This document shows positions 1-14,866 of a DNA stretch of 64,000 bases, one piece after another. The stretch lies in the NCBI RefSeq assembly GCF_009914755.1, contig NC_060941.1, one strand, 5' to 3'. The stretch's first letter is position 1; each line of letters begins with the position of its first letter. The notes beneath the pieces are model-generated. The model ran no database searches, was not told where the DNA came from, and worked only from the letters and a program-made list of their open reading frames with translations. Source of the stretch: the human T2T-CHM13v2.0 reference genome, Homo sapiens. A program made the translations under genes and the position numbers.

Positions 1-147
1 AAAGAGAGTCTTAGAGATCTATGGAATAATATCAAAAGATATAACCTACTGTTAATCAGAATCAGAAAAGAAGGGAGAGAGAATAAAGCAAAACAATAAG
101 ATACAAAAACAATGGACAGTATAACCTTTAGTTGGTAAGACATATAC
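1..147 (+). mobile_element. Ancient L1 (L1M-type) ORF1 fragment, continues at ~663-755
   Basis: AGAGATCTATGGAATAATATCAAAAG resembles L1M ORF1; the collinear sequence resumes after the antisense L1MA insert (AAGACATA / AAGAACATA at the junctions). Confidence 0.55.
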
Positions 148-662
148 ATTTTTTATTGTTAGGTAACAATTATACATAGGGTACATAATATTTTGATAGA
201 TGAGTACAACATGTAATGATCAAATTTAGGTCAGTGGGATATCCATCACCTCAAATATTTATTATTTCTTTGTATTAGGAATATTCCAAAACTTCTCTTC
301 TAGCTATTTTGAAATATATAATAAATATTTTTAGCTATTATCACCCTACTGTGTTGTTGAACATTAGAACTTATTCCTTCTATCTAGCTGTATTTTTGCA
401 CCAATTAACCAACCTCTCTTCATCCCCCTCATCATCATTCTCAACCTATGGTAGCCACCATTCTATTCTGTACCTCCGTGAAATCAACTTTTTTAGCTCC
501 CACATATAAGTGAGAACATGCAATTTTCATCTTTCTGTACCTAGCTTATTTTACTTAACAAAATGTTCCCCAGCCTCATCTATGTTGTTAAAAATGACAG
601 CATCTTACCATTTTATAGTTGAATAATATTCTAGTTTGTATATATGTACCACAGTTTCTTTA
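148..662 (-). mobile_element. L1MA 3' end, antisense
   Basis: T-rich tail, ATATCCATCACCTCAAATATTTATTATTTCTTTG, TTTTTAGCTCCCACATATAAGTGAGAACATGC: typical L1MA 3'UTR reverse complement. Confidence 0.85.
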
Positions 663-757
663 GGAAGAACATAAATTTCAAAATTAGTTAAAATAAGCTA
701 ACTTCAAGAAGGATAAACATGAAGGTAACCATTTGTAGGTATACCATTGTTGAAAGG

Positions 758-1167
758 TCAGGATAGGCTTGCTTATGATATAACTTACAAACTCTGATAT
801 CTCAGACTCCTAACACAGAAAAGTGTTTGTTGTTGTTGTTGTTGTTGTTGTTGCCTTGTGATAGACTGTTATGAGCATTCTCTTCTTAGCATCTCATCTC
901 TACTGTGACCCAGAAATCCTGGGGGCATTCATCCTGCCATGCAGACATTTTGGAGTCCTTTCCCTCTCTCAACACAAACAAGAGGGAGTGCATAGAGAAT
1001 TCATACACTCATTTTTAACTTTGTCATGCAGTCAAGAAAGAACGCACCTCACTTCCACTCAAATCTATTGGCCATAATAAGTCATGTGCTCCAATGTAAC
1101 TGCAAGGGTGAGCTGGAAATGCAGAAGAGTCCACGGGACATTTGGTAAGCCCAAAGTGTCTGTCCAG
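758..1167 (-). mobile_element. MLT1 (J/K/L-like) MaLR LTR containing a (TTG)n repeat
   Basis: CACTTCCACTCAAATCTATTGGCCATAATAAGTCATGTGCTCCAATGTAACTGCAAGGG matches the old MLT1 core. Confidence 0.65.
827..853. repeat. (TTG)n microsatellite
   Basis: Direct read. Confidence 0.95.
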
Positions 1168-1255
1168 AAAGGAGGTTTAACAATAAGGAAGCAGTGTCAA
1201 ATGCTGTAGTGAACTAATGATGAATGATAATTTCAAATTAGGTCTTAGATTATAT

Positions 1256-1471
1256 CAGAAGCCTGCAAATTATAGATCATAGATCAAATTCCTATATCTA
1301 TCTATCTATATATATATAACTTTATTTGAATACAGCTATGGTTATTTATCAAATATTTTGTCTATTGGAGCTTTCTTGCTACAACAGCAGAGTTTGTGGC
1401 AGAACCTGTATGATAAGCAAAGACTAACATCTTTACTGTCTGGACATTTCAGAATTAGTTTCCCATCCCCT
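1256..1471 (+). mobile_element. MER58A-like hAT-Charlie DNA transposon
   Basis: TTTTGTCTATTGGAGCTTTCTTGCTACAACAGCAGAG...TTTACTGTCTGGACATTTCAGAATTAGTTTCCCATCCCCT matches MER58. Confidence 0.7.
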
Positions 1472-1919
1472 AGGTTACATGATTACAAAATTACTCATGA
1501 TTTTTAAGCTTTCAATGGATAGTATAGAACCAATGAGGGAAGAAATGATAGGAAGATTGAGAAATCAGATTAATAAAGTAGATACAAGTTATTTTAGAAT
1601 TTTGCTGGAGAAGAAAATATAAAAACGTTTTCAAAATTTTTTATTTAGGTACTTATTTACTTGTTGCTTATTTTATTTCATTTGGACAAATATTTATTTT
1701 ATGAAACCTAAGAATATTTTAAGCCACAGTGCAACTCTGAAGATGCAGGTATATGATAAAATAATTGAGGAAGTGTGGCTCTGGAATAGTGAGAAGAGAA
1801 TGAGATTCCAAACTCTAGTGAAAGACATAGAACAGGCTTGTTAATGATGACAGCATTAAAGTTACCCTGAGACAAGTTTGAAAACGAGAAAAAAAGCCAC
1901 TATACAATATTTTTATAAA

Positions 1920-2385
1920 TACTTTTATTTTTTGCTAATTACAAATTTAAGTTGATGTATATTAAAAATGTAACACCATAGAAATTTAGAAAAGGAGAAA
2001 ATGAATTTATCCCGTAACACGATCATTCTCCCATGGGTGACTGTTGATGAAAAGTTGCCATCAGTTCCTCTGTATTTTTCTAGGCATGAATTAGCATACA
2101 TAATTTATTATTATTTAATACAAATAGGATGAAATATGTACTTTTTAATCTGCTATCTTTACCATCACTTGTCAATTATGTGTAGATCTCTCCTTTTTCA
2201 GAGTGCCAGACAGAATACCCTTTATGTAGCTATTCCCAGTTTCATCATCTCAATTCATGTGATGTGCATTAATTTATTTGTAAGTTTTGTTATAATTATT
2301 GAAAATAATATGCATGTCTATAAGTGCATGTTTTATTAATATTTCTATAGAAATGCTAGAAGTAGAATTTGAAGTAATTTAAAAC
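1920..2385 (-). mobile_element. Degraded L1ME 3' fragment
   Basis: Weak similarity to antisense L1ME 3' region, e.g. TAGAAATGCTAGAAGTAGAATT. Confidence 0.4.
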
Positions 2386-5300
2386 AGTAAAGGAAAAAGT
2401 TGAAGGACCGCATATCAAATAGCACTCATATTATCCAGTAAGAGGCAAACAATTCATCAGCTACATATAAGAGAAAATGGCTATATTCAGGGCTTGAAGA
2501 GAATGGAGACAGCCTGCAACATCTAATGCCGTATGACACTAATCTTCCAACATTTTTTTAAACATTATAATATTACTTTATCTTTTACCTCTAAATACTT
2601 ACACAGCTTCTGGATGTCCAATAGCTAACCGTAAAGTACTTTGTGATGAAAATGTGATGACTGACAGTGGAGCTAATCTTTCTGCAGTTCCACAGGCCTT
2701 CCTTTGTTATTTTATCTGGATGTCATGTTAAGTTACTAAAAACAGCCCTTTTGAAAAAAAGAATAGCATTCTATGGATATGAAAATGTCTGATTGCTTCA
2801 CATTGACTTGAATGAAAAAAGCATGCGCTGTTCAAAAAGTGTGTAGTTGGAACATCGGTAAGATGGACCAAAGTTGAAAATGAAAGTCTGGGTATTTTTG
2901 GCAGTGTTCTCAAGTCAACCTGTGTTAATTTATTTAGCCATTATGATATAATTTACTGATTGACCTTGCCAATCTTTATAAAATAGTCTTCCAACACAGA
3001 AATTGTACTTATAGTAAAATAAATTACAGAATCTCACAAGGCAAGATGGCTGACTAGACACAGCTAGCAGGAGCATCTGCCACTGAGGGACCAGGACACT
3101 GGGAAGACTGGCATACTCTGAGCAGATCTTTGGAATGAAGACATTGAGAGTGAATAGAGGGAGGATACAGACACTAGTCTGAAGGGTGAAGAAGTAGGGA
3201 ATGCTCTCAGCAATACCATGCACCAGGACTCATTCCTGGATCCCAACAACTCCTGGGGAAGGGGTGAGTTGGGCACATGCTGAGCAACTCCCTCTTGCCA
3301 TAGATCCCTGGAATCGTGGCAACAGGAGACCCCACAGCCCCTACAGGCACTTGAGCTGGCAGGGACTGCTACTTAGAGAGGTGGTAGGAGCAGGCCTATA
3401 GCCTGTGCAGAGCCCAGAGTGTTTGGTGCAGAAACATCTGCAGGGGAGCATGGCAAGGGACAGCCATCCCCAAAGGCTTGCCATACTCCTCTAGAAGACT
3501 CTAGCCTTAGGGGGACTGTTAGACCTGAACAATGTAGGGCAATCTACCTGGGAGATGGGACTAGTCTGACCTGAGCACTCTTCTGTTTGCTGGCCTGTCC
3601 CAGGGCCCCAGCCTGGCTGTGCCTATTTGCAATGCAGACTTGGATGCCCAACCTGGATGCCTCCCAAGGGCCCAAATCATAGTTCCTACACTGCCAGACT
3701 CTACATGACCATCAGACAGCTTCAACAGAGTGGCCCCTGACAATATGCACCAACCCACCCAAATCCTCCCCACAGCACAGCCTCCCCTGTGCCACTTTGC
3801 CAGGATGGACTTGCCCACAGCCACCCCCATTGCTTTTCCAGCATGCATTTGCATGGGCAACCTTTCCTCCCCTGCCCTGCTGGCACATGAGTGTCCATAA
3901 ACCACACTGTACCACTGCTGCACACTAGAGCATACCTGCTACCCCATGCCATTGCAGTACTGTGATGCCATGCTGCCATTGCCAGCCCAAACATGAAGGT
4001 GGTTACCTGTGGCCCCAATCCCCACTCTTTGTTGCCACTGCCACAGGCATGGACACACAGAGGAAAACCGGTAGCCCTGTGCCCTGCCCCATGCCACTGC
4101 CACCACCACTGGCATGAAGGTGCACATGGAGGTCACCAGACCTGTGCCATCTGAGCCCCACCCCTGCATCAATACTGTCATGGGTGTGAATGTGTGCCCA
4201 GACTCCAGCAGCTTCACGCCTCCCAAAATGCTGGTGCCAACACCTGAGAGGAGGCTGGCAGCCCAGGGACTGCTAGCACCCTGTCCCAGCTGAGGGGCAT
4301 GCACCCAACCATGTGGCTATTTCTACTGTCACATAAACTGAATACAAATCTCTCTGCCACTGCCTGAAAAATTGTCTCACTGGCTGGCATCGCTCTTTGG
4401 AAGGTTGTGGTCAGTGGTCTGGGAATACTTCAAGCCCTCTAGTGAAGCAGGTTACCAACATTGAGAGGGGAGAGAACAAAGCCAGAGGCCCAGTACCAGC
4501 CCCCCAGAATTAGTGTACACAACCCAGGAATGCTGAGCTGGGCCTTGCCCTAACAAAAAAAAAATTCACCAGAAACAAATCCAATTGACTAAACTCACCT
4601 TATACCATAATCAAACCCCCAAGGACATCAAATAAGATAAAAGCAAAACAAAAACAAACCCATCAAAAGGACATCAGTGTCAAAAATGGAAGGAATGTCA
4701 GGCCACACAGATGAGAAAGAATCAGCACAAGACAAGAACTCTGGAAACTCAAAAGGCCGAAATGTCTTCTTACCTCTAAACGAGTGCACTAGTTCCCCAG
4801 AAATGGTTATTAACCAAGCTGAAATGCCTGAAATTACAGAAATGGAATTCAGACTATAGATAGGAAAGGAGATCAGTAGCATTAAGGAGATAGAAGAATT
4901 TCAGAGCTCAAAGAACTGCTCTCTGACATAACCTGGTCAGACAAAATAAAGAAAAAAAAAGTAAAGAATAATGAACAAAATACAGATTTATGTAAAGAGA
5001 CCAAATCTTTGACTCACTGGCATTTCTGAGAGGCAGGGAAAGAAAGCAAGCTGGTTGGGAAAATACATTTTAGTATATCGTTCACGAAAATTTTTCCAAC
5101 CTCACTAGAGAGGCCAACATTCAAGTTCAGGAAGTGGAAAGAACCCCTGTGAAATACTACACAAGTAGAAGATCCCCAAGACACATAGTCATTAGATTCT
5201 CCAAAGTCAAAATGAAAGAAAAAAAATATTAAAAGCAACTGGAGAGAACGGGAAAATTACCTATAATGTCTTCAGGCTAACTGAAAACCTTTAATCATAA

Positions 5301-8091
5301 ACTTTAAGAGCCAGAAAAGAATGAGGGCCTGTATTCGGCATTTTTAAAGAAAAGAATTTCCAAACATGAATTTTATATCCAGCCAAACTAAGCTTCAAAA
5401 GTTAAGAAATAAGATCCTTTTTGGACAAGCAAAAGCTAAGAGAATTTATCGGCAGACTTGTCTTACAAGAGATCCTGAAGGGAGTGCTAAACATGGAAAA
5501 GAAAGACCAATACTTGCCACTAGAAAGATACACTTAAATACATAGACCACTGGCACTATAAAGCAACCACACAAACAAGTCTGAACAATAACCAGTTAAC
5601 AATATGATAACATGAACTAATCCACACATGTCAACACTAATCTTGAATGTAAATGATATAATTGCCCCAATTAAAAGGCACAGAGTAGTAAGTTGGGTAA
5701 AGAAGTAAGACACAACAGTATGCTGTGTTTGAGAGATCCATCTCACATTCAGTGACACCCACAGGCTCAAAGTAAAGAGATATGGGAAAAAAAAATCTAT
5801 CAAGCAAAAGGAAAACAGAAAAATCTAGGGTGACTATTCTAATTTCAGACAAAACAGACTTTAATTCAATGAAGATCAAAAAAAGACAAAGGGCACTATA
5901 TAATAGTAAAGGGTTCAACTCACCAAGAAAAAATAACTATCCTACATATATATGCACCCAATACAAGAGCACCCAGATTCATAAAGCAAGCTCATAAAAA
6001 CCTATAAAGAGACTTAGATTACCACACCATAATATTGAGAGGCTTCAAATCCCACTGACAGATAGACAGATCATTGAGGCAAAACATTAACAAATATATT
6101 CAGGACCTGAACATGACACTTTACCAAATGGACCTAATAAACATCTACAGAACAGTCTTCCCCATTAAAAAAAAAGAGAATATACATTCTTTGAATCTGC
6201 ACCTGGCACATACTCTAAAATCGACCACACAATGGGCCATAAAACAATGCTTAGCAAATTAAAAAAAAAAACACACAAAATCATATCAACCATGCTGTCA
6301 CACTACAGCCCAATAAAAATAGAAATCAATACTAAGAAAATCACTGAAAACCATATAACTACATGGGAATTAACCTGCTCCTGAATGACATTTGGGTAAA
6401 TAAGGATATTAAGGCAAAAATCAAGAAATTATTTGAAATTAATAAGGACAAAGATCCAATATACCAGAATCTCTGGGAGCCAGCCAAGGCAGTGTTGAAA
6501 GGGAAATTTATAGTACTGAACACTCACATCAAAAAGTTAGAAAGATTTCAAATTAAGAACACAACATCACAACTGGATGACATAGAGAAACAGGAGTAAA
6601 CCAACCTCAAAGCTCGCAGAAGAAAATAACGAAATCAAAGCTGAACTGAAGGAAATTGAGATGCATAAAACAATGCAAAAGAGCAAAGAATCAAGAGTTG
6701 ATTTTTTGAAAAAAGTAATAAAGAAAAAAAGAGCAGATCTAAATAAAGACAGTCAAAAATGACAAAGAGGACATTACCATTTACCCCCACAGAAATACAA
6801 AAACCCCTCAGAGACTAGTAGGAGTAATTCTATCCACAAACTCTAGAAAATCTAAAAGTAACGTACAAATTCCTGAACATATATAACATCACAAGACTAA
6901 ACCAAGTAGAAATTAAATCCCTGAGAAGACCAATGAGTTCCAAAATTGAATCAGTAATAGAAAGCCTGCCCCCTACCCCGCCATCACCCACCCCCAAAAA
7001 AGCCAGGGCCAACAGATTCACAGCCGAATTCTATCAGATATATAAAGAAGAGCTAATACCATTCCTACTGAAACTATTCAAAAAAATTGAGGAGGAGGGG
7101 CTCCTTCCTAACTCATTCTATCAGGTCAGCATCACCCTAACACCAAAACCTGGCAGAGACACAGCAACAACAACAAAAACTGAGGCCAACATCCTTGATA
7201 AAAGTAGACGCAAACATGCTCAACACACTACTAACAAACTGAATCCAGTAGTGCATCAAAAAGCGAATCCATCATACAAATAGGCTTTATTCCTGGGATG
7301 CAAGGTTTGTTCAATAGATATAAATCAATAAATGTGACTCATCATGTAACCAGAATTAAAATTTAAAAAACATATGATTATCTTAATAGACGCAGAAATG
7401 GCTTTTGTTTAAATTCAACATCTCTTCACTTCAAAAACCCTCAACAAACAAGGCATTGAATAAACATACTTCAAAATAATAAGAGCCATCTATGTCAAAC
7501 CCATAGCCAACGTCATATCGAATGAGCAAAATTTGGAAGCACTTCTCTTGAAAACTGGAACAAGACAAGCATGCCCTCTCTCACTACTCATATTCAACAT
7601 GGTAAAGGAAGTTCTGGCTAGAAAAATCAGGCAGGAGAAAGAAAAAAAAAGCATTCAAATAGGAAGAGACGAAGTCAAACTATTCCTGTTTGGAGATGAT
7701 ACAATTCCATACCTCGAAAACCCAGTAGTATCTTCCCAAAACTTCTTTCATCTGATAGACTTCAGCAAAGTTTTGGCATACAAAATTAATGTAAAGAAAT
7801 CAGTAGCATTCCTAGACACCAACAACATCCAAGCTGAGAGCCAAATCAAGAACACAATCCCATTCACAAAAACCATAAAAAGAAGAAAGTACTTGGGAAT
7901 ACAGCTAACCAGGGAGGTGAAAGATCTCTACAAGGAGCACTACAAAACACTGCTGAAAGAAATAAAAGATGACACAAGCAAATGCAAAAACATTCCACAC
8001 TCATGGATAGGAAAAATCAATATCATTAAAATGACCATACTGCCCAAAGAAATCTACATATTCAATGCTATTTCTATCAAACTGCCAATAA

Positions 8092-8436
<345 letters not shown>

Positions 8437-9525
8437 TAAAATTCTTACAAAATGAGAAACAAGAACAGATAGCCAAAGTAATTGCAAGTGAAAAGACCAG
8501 AACTGGAAGCATCACATTATCCCACTTCAAACTGTACAAGCCTGCAGTAACCAGAATAACAACAGACAGGTAGGCTAACGGAACAGAAGAGAGCCCAGAA
8601 GTAAGTCAGCACACCTATAACCATTTGATCTTTGACAAAGTCTACAAAAACAAGCAATGGGGAAAGAACTCCCTATTCAATAAATGCAGATGTGGTAACT
8701 GGATAGTCATATGCAGAAAATTGAAACTGGACCCCCTCCTTACACAATATACAAAAATTAGCTCAAGAAGGACTAAAGACTTAAATGTAAATCCTAAAAC
8801 TTTATAAACTCTTGAAGATAACCTAGGAAATACCATTCTGGACGTAGGACTAGGCAAAGATTTTATAATGAAGATACCAAAAGCAATTGCAACAAAAACA
8901 AAAATTGACAAATGGGACTTAATTAAACTAAACAGCTTTTGCATAGCAAAAGAAACTAGCAATAAGCAGACAACCTACAGAATATGAGAAAATATTTGCA
9001 AACTGTGTTTCCACAAAGGTCTAATATCCAGAATCTATAAGGAACTTAAAGAAATTTACAAGCAGAAAACAACCCCATTAAAAATTTGGCAAAGTACATG
9101 AATAGACATTTTTCAAAAGAAGACATACAAGTGGCCAGCAAGCGTATGAAAAAAATGTTTGACATCACTAATCATTAGAAAAATGCAGATTAACACCACA
9201 ATGAGATACCATCTACACCAGTCAGAACAGCTATTATTAAAAAGTCAAAAAATAACAGATGACAAAGAGGTTGCACAAAAAATAGAAGCTCATTCACTGC
9301 TGGTGAGAATGTAAATTAGTTCAGCCATTATGGAAAGCATTTTGGTGATTTCTGAAAGAACTTAAAACAATTACCATGCAACCCAACCATCCCATTATCA
9401 GGTATATACTCAAATGAGTATAAATAATTATATTCATATACTCATACAGAAAGACACATACACACATGTGTTCATTGCAGCACTATTCATAATACCAAAG
9501 ACATGGAATCAACCTAAATGGCCAT

Positions 9526-9888
9526 TGATATATTTTAGCTGTGTCCCCACCCAAATCTCATCTTGAATCATAGCTCCCATAATTCCCACATGTTGTGGCA
9601 AAGACCCAGTGGGAGATAATTGATTCATGGGGGCAGTTCCCCCATACTGTTCTCATGGTAGTGAATAAGTCTCATGAGATCCGATGGTTTTATAAGGGGT
9701 TTCCCCTTTTTCTTGGCTCTCATTCTGTCAATTGCCTGTTGCCATGTAAGATGTACCTTTCACCTTCTGCAGTGATTGTGAGGCCTCCCCAGCCATAGGG
9801 AACTGTGAGTCCATTAAACCTCTTTTTCTTTATAAATCTCCCAGTCTCAGGTATGTCTTTATCAGCAGTGTGAAAACAGACTGATACA
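9526..9888 (+). mobile_element. Solo THE1 (B/C-like) MaLR LTR
   Basis: TGATA...TGTGTCCCCACCCAAATCTCATCTTGAAT...ACTGATACA; 5-bp TSD GCCAT at 9521-9525 and 9889-9893. Confidence 0.95.
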
Positions 9889-10371
9889 GCCATGAACGGT
9901 GGATAAAGAAAATGTGGTACATGTACACCATGCAATACTATTCAGCCATTAAATAGAACAAAATGATGTCCTTTGCAGCAACATGGATGGAGCTGGAGGC
10001 CATTATCCTAAACAAATGAATGCATGAACAGAATACCAAATACCATAAGTCCTCACTTAAAAGTGGGAGCTAAATATCGAGGACATATGGACACAAAGAA
10101 GGGAGCAATAGACACCAGGGCCTACTTGAGGGTAAAGGGTGGGAAAAGCATGAGGATCAAAAAACTACTTAGTGGGTACTATGCTTATTACCTAGGTGAT
10201 GAAATAATCTGTGCAACAAAACCCCATGAAATTCAATTTACTTGTTCAAGAAACCTGTACATGTACACTTGTACCTAAAATAAAAAATTTTTTAATGAAT
10301 ATATTAAAAATAAATAAAATAGTTTTTTAATTTAGCCTAAGAGTGTGATGGGTTTAACAATCTTTGTTTTG

Positions 10372-10720
10372 CACACTTATTCAATAAGGTTACTACTCTC
10401 CAATTAGTAGAGCCTACTATAATATATTCCAGGACTAAGCTAATGTGCTTAGAATATGAAGTTAGGCAAGACATAGCCCCTGTTTTAATTAAACTTTCAG
10501 CCTAGTGAGAAAAAAAAAGACAAGCAGTTAAAATATGTTATTATCATAGGGGAAGTCAGGGTACCACTGGGGTTTGCAGAAAGTTAAAATAGGTCATATA
10601 AAATCAGAAATTTGAACAGTTTCTTTTTTTTTTTGAAGGAAAGCAGAGATCACTGGTAGAATTGAAAGTAGTTCGGAAGAACTGAATAGCAGGATGGAGG
10701 GAATATTGAAAAAGGGAGAT
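10372..10720 (-). mobile_element. L2 fragment
   Basis: GAGCCTACTA...CCAGGACTAAGCTAATGTGCT...AAGACATAGCCCCTG, antisense L2 3' pattern. Confidence 0.55.
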
Positions 10721-11821
10721 GAGCAATATATAACAAAGTAAGACCACAAGAGATGACTTAATTCCAGTTTATCATCTCTTAAAGGTAATGCACATTTATC
10801 TATTTTTATATTTGCAGAAATTAAAGGATTTAAACAATTTTTAAACACAATATTGTGAATTTTAAATTTTAAATATATCAGTATTTTTCAGAGATGATGA
10901 AAACCATCTCGTTAAATTACATTTGGCATTGATTTGCCAAGACATCAATATAACTTAGTTTTCTTTCAAAGTTCTATGCAGTTAAAACAGAGATAATTGC
11001 AAAATGAGTTAAAAATCACTTGTTTGTTTTTTAAAATGTTGCACAGAGAAAAACTTGCTGGCTATTTTCAAAGAGCAGGTAACACAAAATCCAAACCTAA
11101 TTAGGCTCAATCCACTGCCATTACCAAACCAATAGTAAAGTTACCTATAAAGTTAATTAGCCTAAAGACTGTTGATTTGTATTGCTAACCCTGAGAAGCA
11201 TGTTTCCTGTTTTGTATGTATTTGATCAAGTAGAAAATGAAATCTGATGCAACAAAAGACGTTGCAGCTGTATATTTTAAGTATGCAGACTGCTAAGGCT
11301 TGACTGCTGTATAAAGAGAAGCAATGTATATAAAGATTGCTAGCACATTATGTAATAATGATAATCTGCTTTACTACCACATTTCCACGACAGTGCAATT
11401 ACATTTAGACCTCTATTTAATCACATTTATCTATCTACTGTTAAACTGGGCATGACATTGTCAGCCCTGCAGAATCTTATAGCTGAGTCGCAGCTTGCTT
11501 GTGGAGTTGGGGAATTGCAAAATAGGTTGAAAGCGATATTTTCTATGAATTAATGAGATACTCACATCATCTGCACTCCTCATCTCCATTGAACAGGTGC
11601 AAAAATGGCAAAGGGATAATTGTTCTAAATTTTGTTGTGCATTGTGCTGAAATTATTTTCTACAAGCGGCAACATGAAAGGCTTAAAAAGATTTTAAGAA
11701 GACTAATATACAGCAACATTAAAAATTTAACTCTTGTACTTGTGCATATGAGCTACTAAGATTGTTTCCACTAGATTTTCATGCAAAACAATCTGGTTTT
11801 GATTGTTAGAAGAAATCAAAT

Positions 11822-11915
11822 GTATTCAGCATATGCATGTGGTTCACCAAAAATTTACTGAGTGCCTACTGTAAGGGTATCACTTTATTAGGCACTGGGA
11901 ATACAAAAATAAATT
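11822..11915 (-). mobile_element. L2 3' end fragment
   Basis: TTCACCAAAAATTTACTGAGTGCCTACTGT...TAGGCACTGGGAATACAAAAATAAA. Confidence 0.6.
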
Positions 11916-12065
11916 CTTGTGAAGATTAAGTTTTGGTCTGTGCAGACTGTACTCATTGTTTTTCACATTTTTAAAACAAGTTTGTGTATGTATTTATTTG
12001 TTTGCTAGTTCGTATTATTCTCTCATGTAGGCTCTATTTTGTTGACCATGGTGTACCTAACACTT

Positions 12066-12171
12066 GAAGGAAGGAAGAAAGAAAAGAGGGATGGCGGGAT
12101 GAGAGGAAGAAAAAAAGGAAGGAAGGGAGTTTGGGAGAAATGGAAGAAGGAAGGAAGGAGAAAGGAAAGAA
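12066..12171. repeat. GA-rich low-complexity tract
   Basis: GGAA/GAAA runs. Confidence 0.85.
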
Positions 12172-12666
12172 TGATCCCTTCAATAAAATGTTGTTAGTAC
12201 TGGAATATCAGTATTTCCCCAAATCCAGCAGATGCCTAGGAACAACATATAGATGTCTTGGAAAAGTGAAGAATATTTTCCTGGGGAGAAAAACTGCTGA
12301 GACTTTACACATGTAAAATATATTTAATTAGCCCCTCATATACTGCACAGTTAGGCTAGGTATAAAATTCTGAATTGGAAATAGATTTTCCTTATATTTA
12401 AAAAAGTTTCATTTTTCCTACTTTTCCATATTGTTGTTAAGAGGTTTAAAGTCATTATTATTACTTTATATTTGTATATGACATACATTTTCTTCTTGAA
12501 ACATTTAGATTTTCTCTGCCAGGAAATCGTAGAATTAAAAACTTTAGGGATGGTCTACTTTCTGCTATTGTTCCTGACTCTTAATTAATATTTTCAAGCC
12601 ATAATCATAGCTTCAATTCTAGAAGATATTCTTAAATTATTTATTTGATGATATCCTCCATTACAT

Positions 12667-12905
12667 TATAGTGTAGCAGATAATAGCACAGCACCTGGAG
12701 TCACAATGCCTATTTGCAGATACCACTTCTGCCCTTAGTAGCAGTGTGTTTAGGACAACTTGTCTTAACTTCTCTGTACTTAGAATTTTTCATCTGCCAA
12801 ATGTAGATCATAATAATATTATCTGCTAGCAAAACTTGTTTTGCTTTGAATGAATTGTTTTGGTAAACCACTTAAAATAGTGTCTGCTATAAAAGGAATG
12901 CTTCG
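12667..12905 (+). mobile_element. MIR SINE, flanked by antisense L1ME-like ORF1 remnants (~12600-13170)
   Basis: MIR core CTTAACTTCTCTGTACTTAG..TTTTCATCTGCCAAATG. Confidence 0.75.
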
Positions 12906-13318
12906 TTATCGTCTTTCAGAATAATTCCTGCCATTTCACTTACTTTTTCTTGTTTTCCATGTTTGTTTTTATTTTATTTTTGCTGTACTTTCCAAGAGAT
13001 TTCCTCAACTATATCTTCTAGCCATTTTATTGAGCTTTTCATTTATGCTATCTATTTTCAACCTTGACTGCTTTCTATTTTCTACACCATTCTCCTAGTA
13101 GCATTCTCTACTTATTACACAAATGCAGCATCTCATCTCTCTGAAGAATTTAATGGAAGATAATTTTTTTATACTTGCACAAAGTTTAAAATAGTACAAG
13201 CTTATTAGGAAAAAGAACTGGACTTCACTACTAACTTCATATTGCTTGGCTGTACACTACTCATCTGGCAAAACCTCACTACTTCTTTTTATATTGCTCT
13301 TTAGTTGAAGCAGACTGA

Positions 13319-13750
<432 letters not shown>

Positions 13751-14059
13751 TTTTTGGGCTAACTCCTTTTTAATATCCAGATATCAAAGTTGCTATGAGG
13801 AGTACCTCTTGCCTGAATTAGGAGATGATCTTGAATACACAAGCAGTAAATACAAAAGAACAGGAGGAAAAACTACCGTTTATTTTCATATTATACTTGC
13901 ATGTCACCTTTAGTACTTCATGGTGGTCGTTCAGCAAAGGAGCAACTTATATTTGTCTCAGTAATGAATATTAGAAACTCACATTTTATTCTAAGTACTG
14001 CTAGTTTGTTTGGACCCTGTGCTGCTCTTTGGATTTATCTCATCCAATATAGGATAACC

Positions 14060-14240
14060 ATTATAGAATTTTGGAACTCAGAGAGATCTTACAATTACGG
14101 AGTTCTCTACATGTGTGTTCCATATGAAGAGATGGAAATCTCAGTGGTTAATGGAAGTTTTCACATTTAATTGAGTTAGTTGATAGCAATAAAAGGGCTA
14201 AAATCTAAATCTCTTTATTCATTGTTTTCTACCTTTGCTC
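14060..14240 (-). mobile_element. MIR fragment
   Basis: ATAGAATTTTGGAACTCAGAGAGATCTT...GAAGAGATGGAAATCTCAG. Confidence 0.5.
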
Positions 14241-14787
14241 TATATTTTATCTATGAGGTAAATGTTGAAGTTTGAAAAAGAATACAGGCATGGAAATAGA
14301 AGACTAAGGGTTACCTTCCAGAGATCCTCACAGTATAACTCTATGATGTTAAATTTATCAAGGACAAAGTCTGATTCTCCAAATTGTAGATTCAAAGACT
14401 TAACTTTCTCAACACTTTGCCAAAGTTTATATTCTATGATGGCAGACACATGACAAAAATTGTTAGGAGACAGAATGGCATGCTAATTTTTAATATATAA
14501 TGAAAAGATTATATTTTCAGTGATGACAATAAGGTGCTACTTATCCAGGGTTTCAAAGCATTTCTGAATAAAAAATTACGTTATTTAAAAAATAATAAAC
14601 CTAGCAAGTGTTGACCAGAAAAGTAGTTGCTGTTTGCGTTTTTTATAAAGGGTTTTACCATTTAAGATATATCGAATATCTTCCATCTGAAAATATCCAT
14701 TATCAGTCATTTAACCCTATAAGCAGAAATAATAGTTTCTGGATTATTGATTATTGTTCCCTGTTGCCTTAATACAGTATACAGAAA

Positions 14788-14866
14788 GATATATATGTGT
14801 ATATATACATACGAGTATATATATATATGTATATATACACGTGTGTATATATACATATATATATAT
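14788..14866. repeat. (TA)n/(TATG)n simple repeat
   Basis: Direct read. Confidence 0.9.

Noticed and set aside
2642-2720. GTGATGA C-box motifs suggesting a C/D snoRNA (also ATGATGA near 27014)
   Set aside because: No suitably placed D box with a terminal stem.
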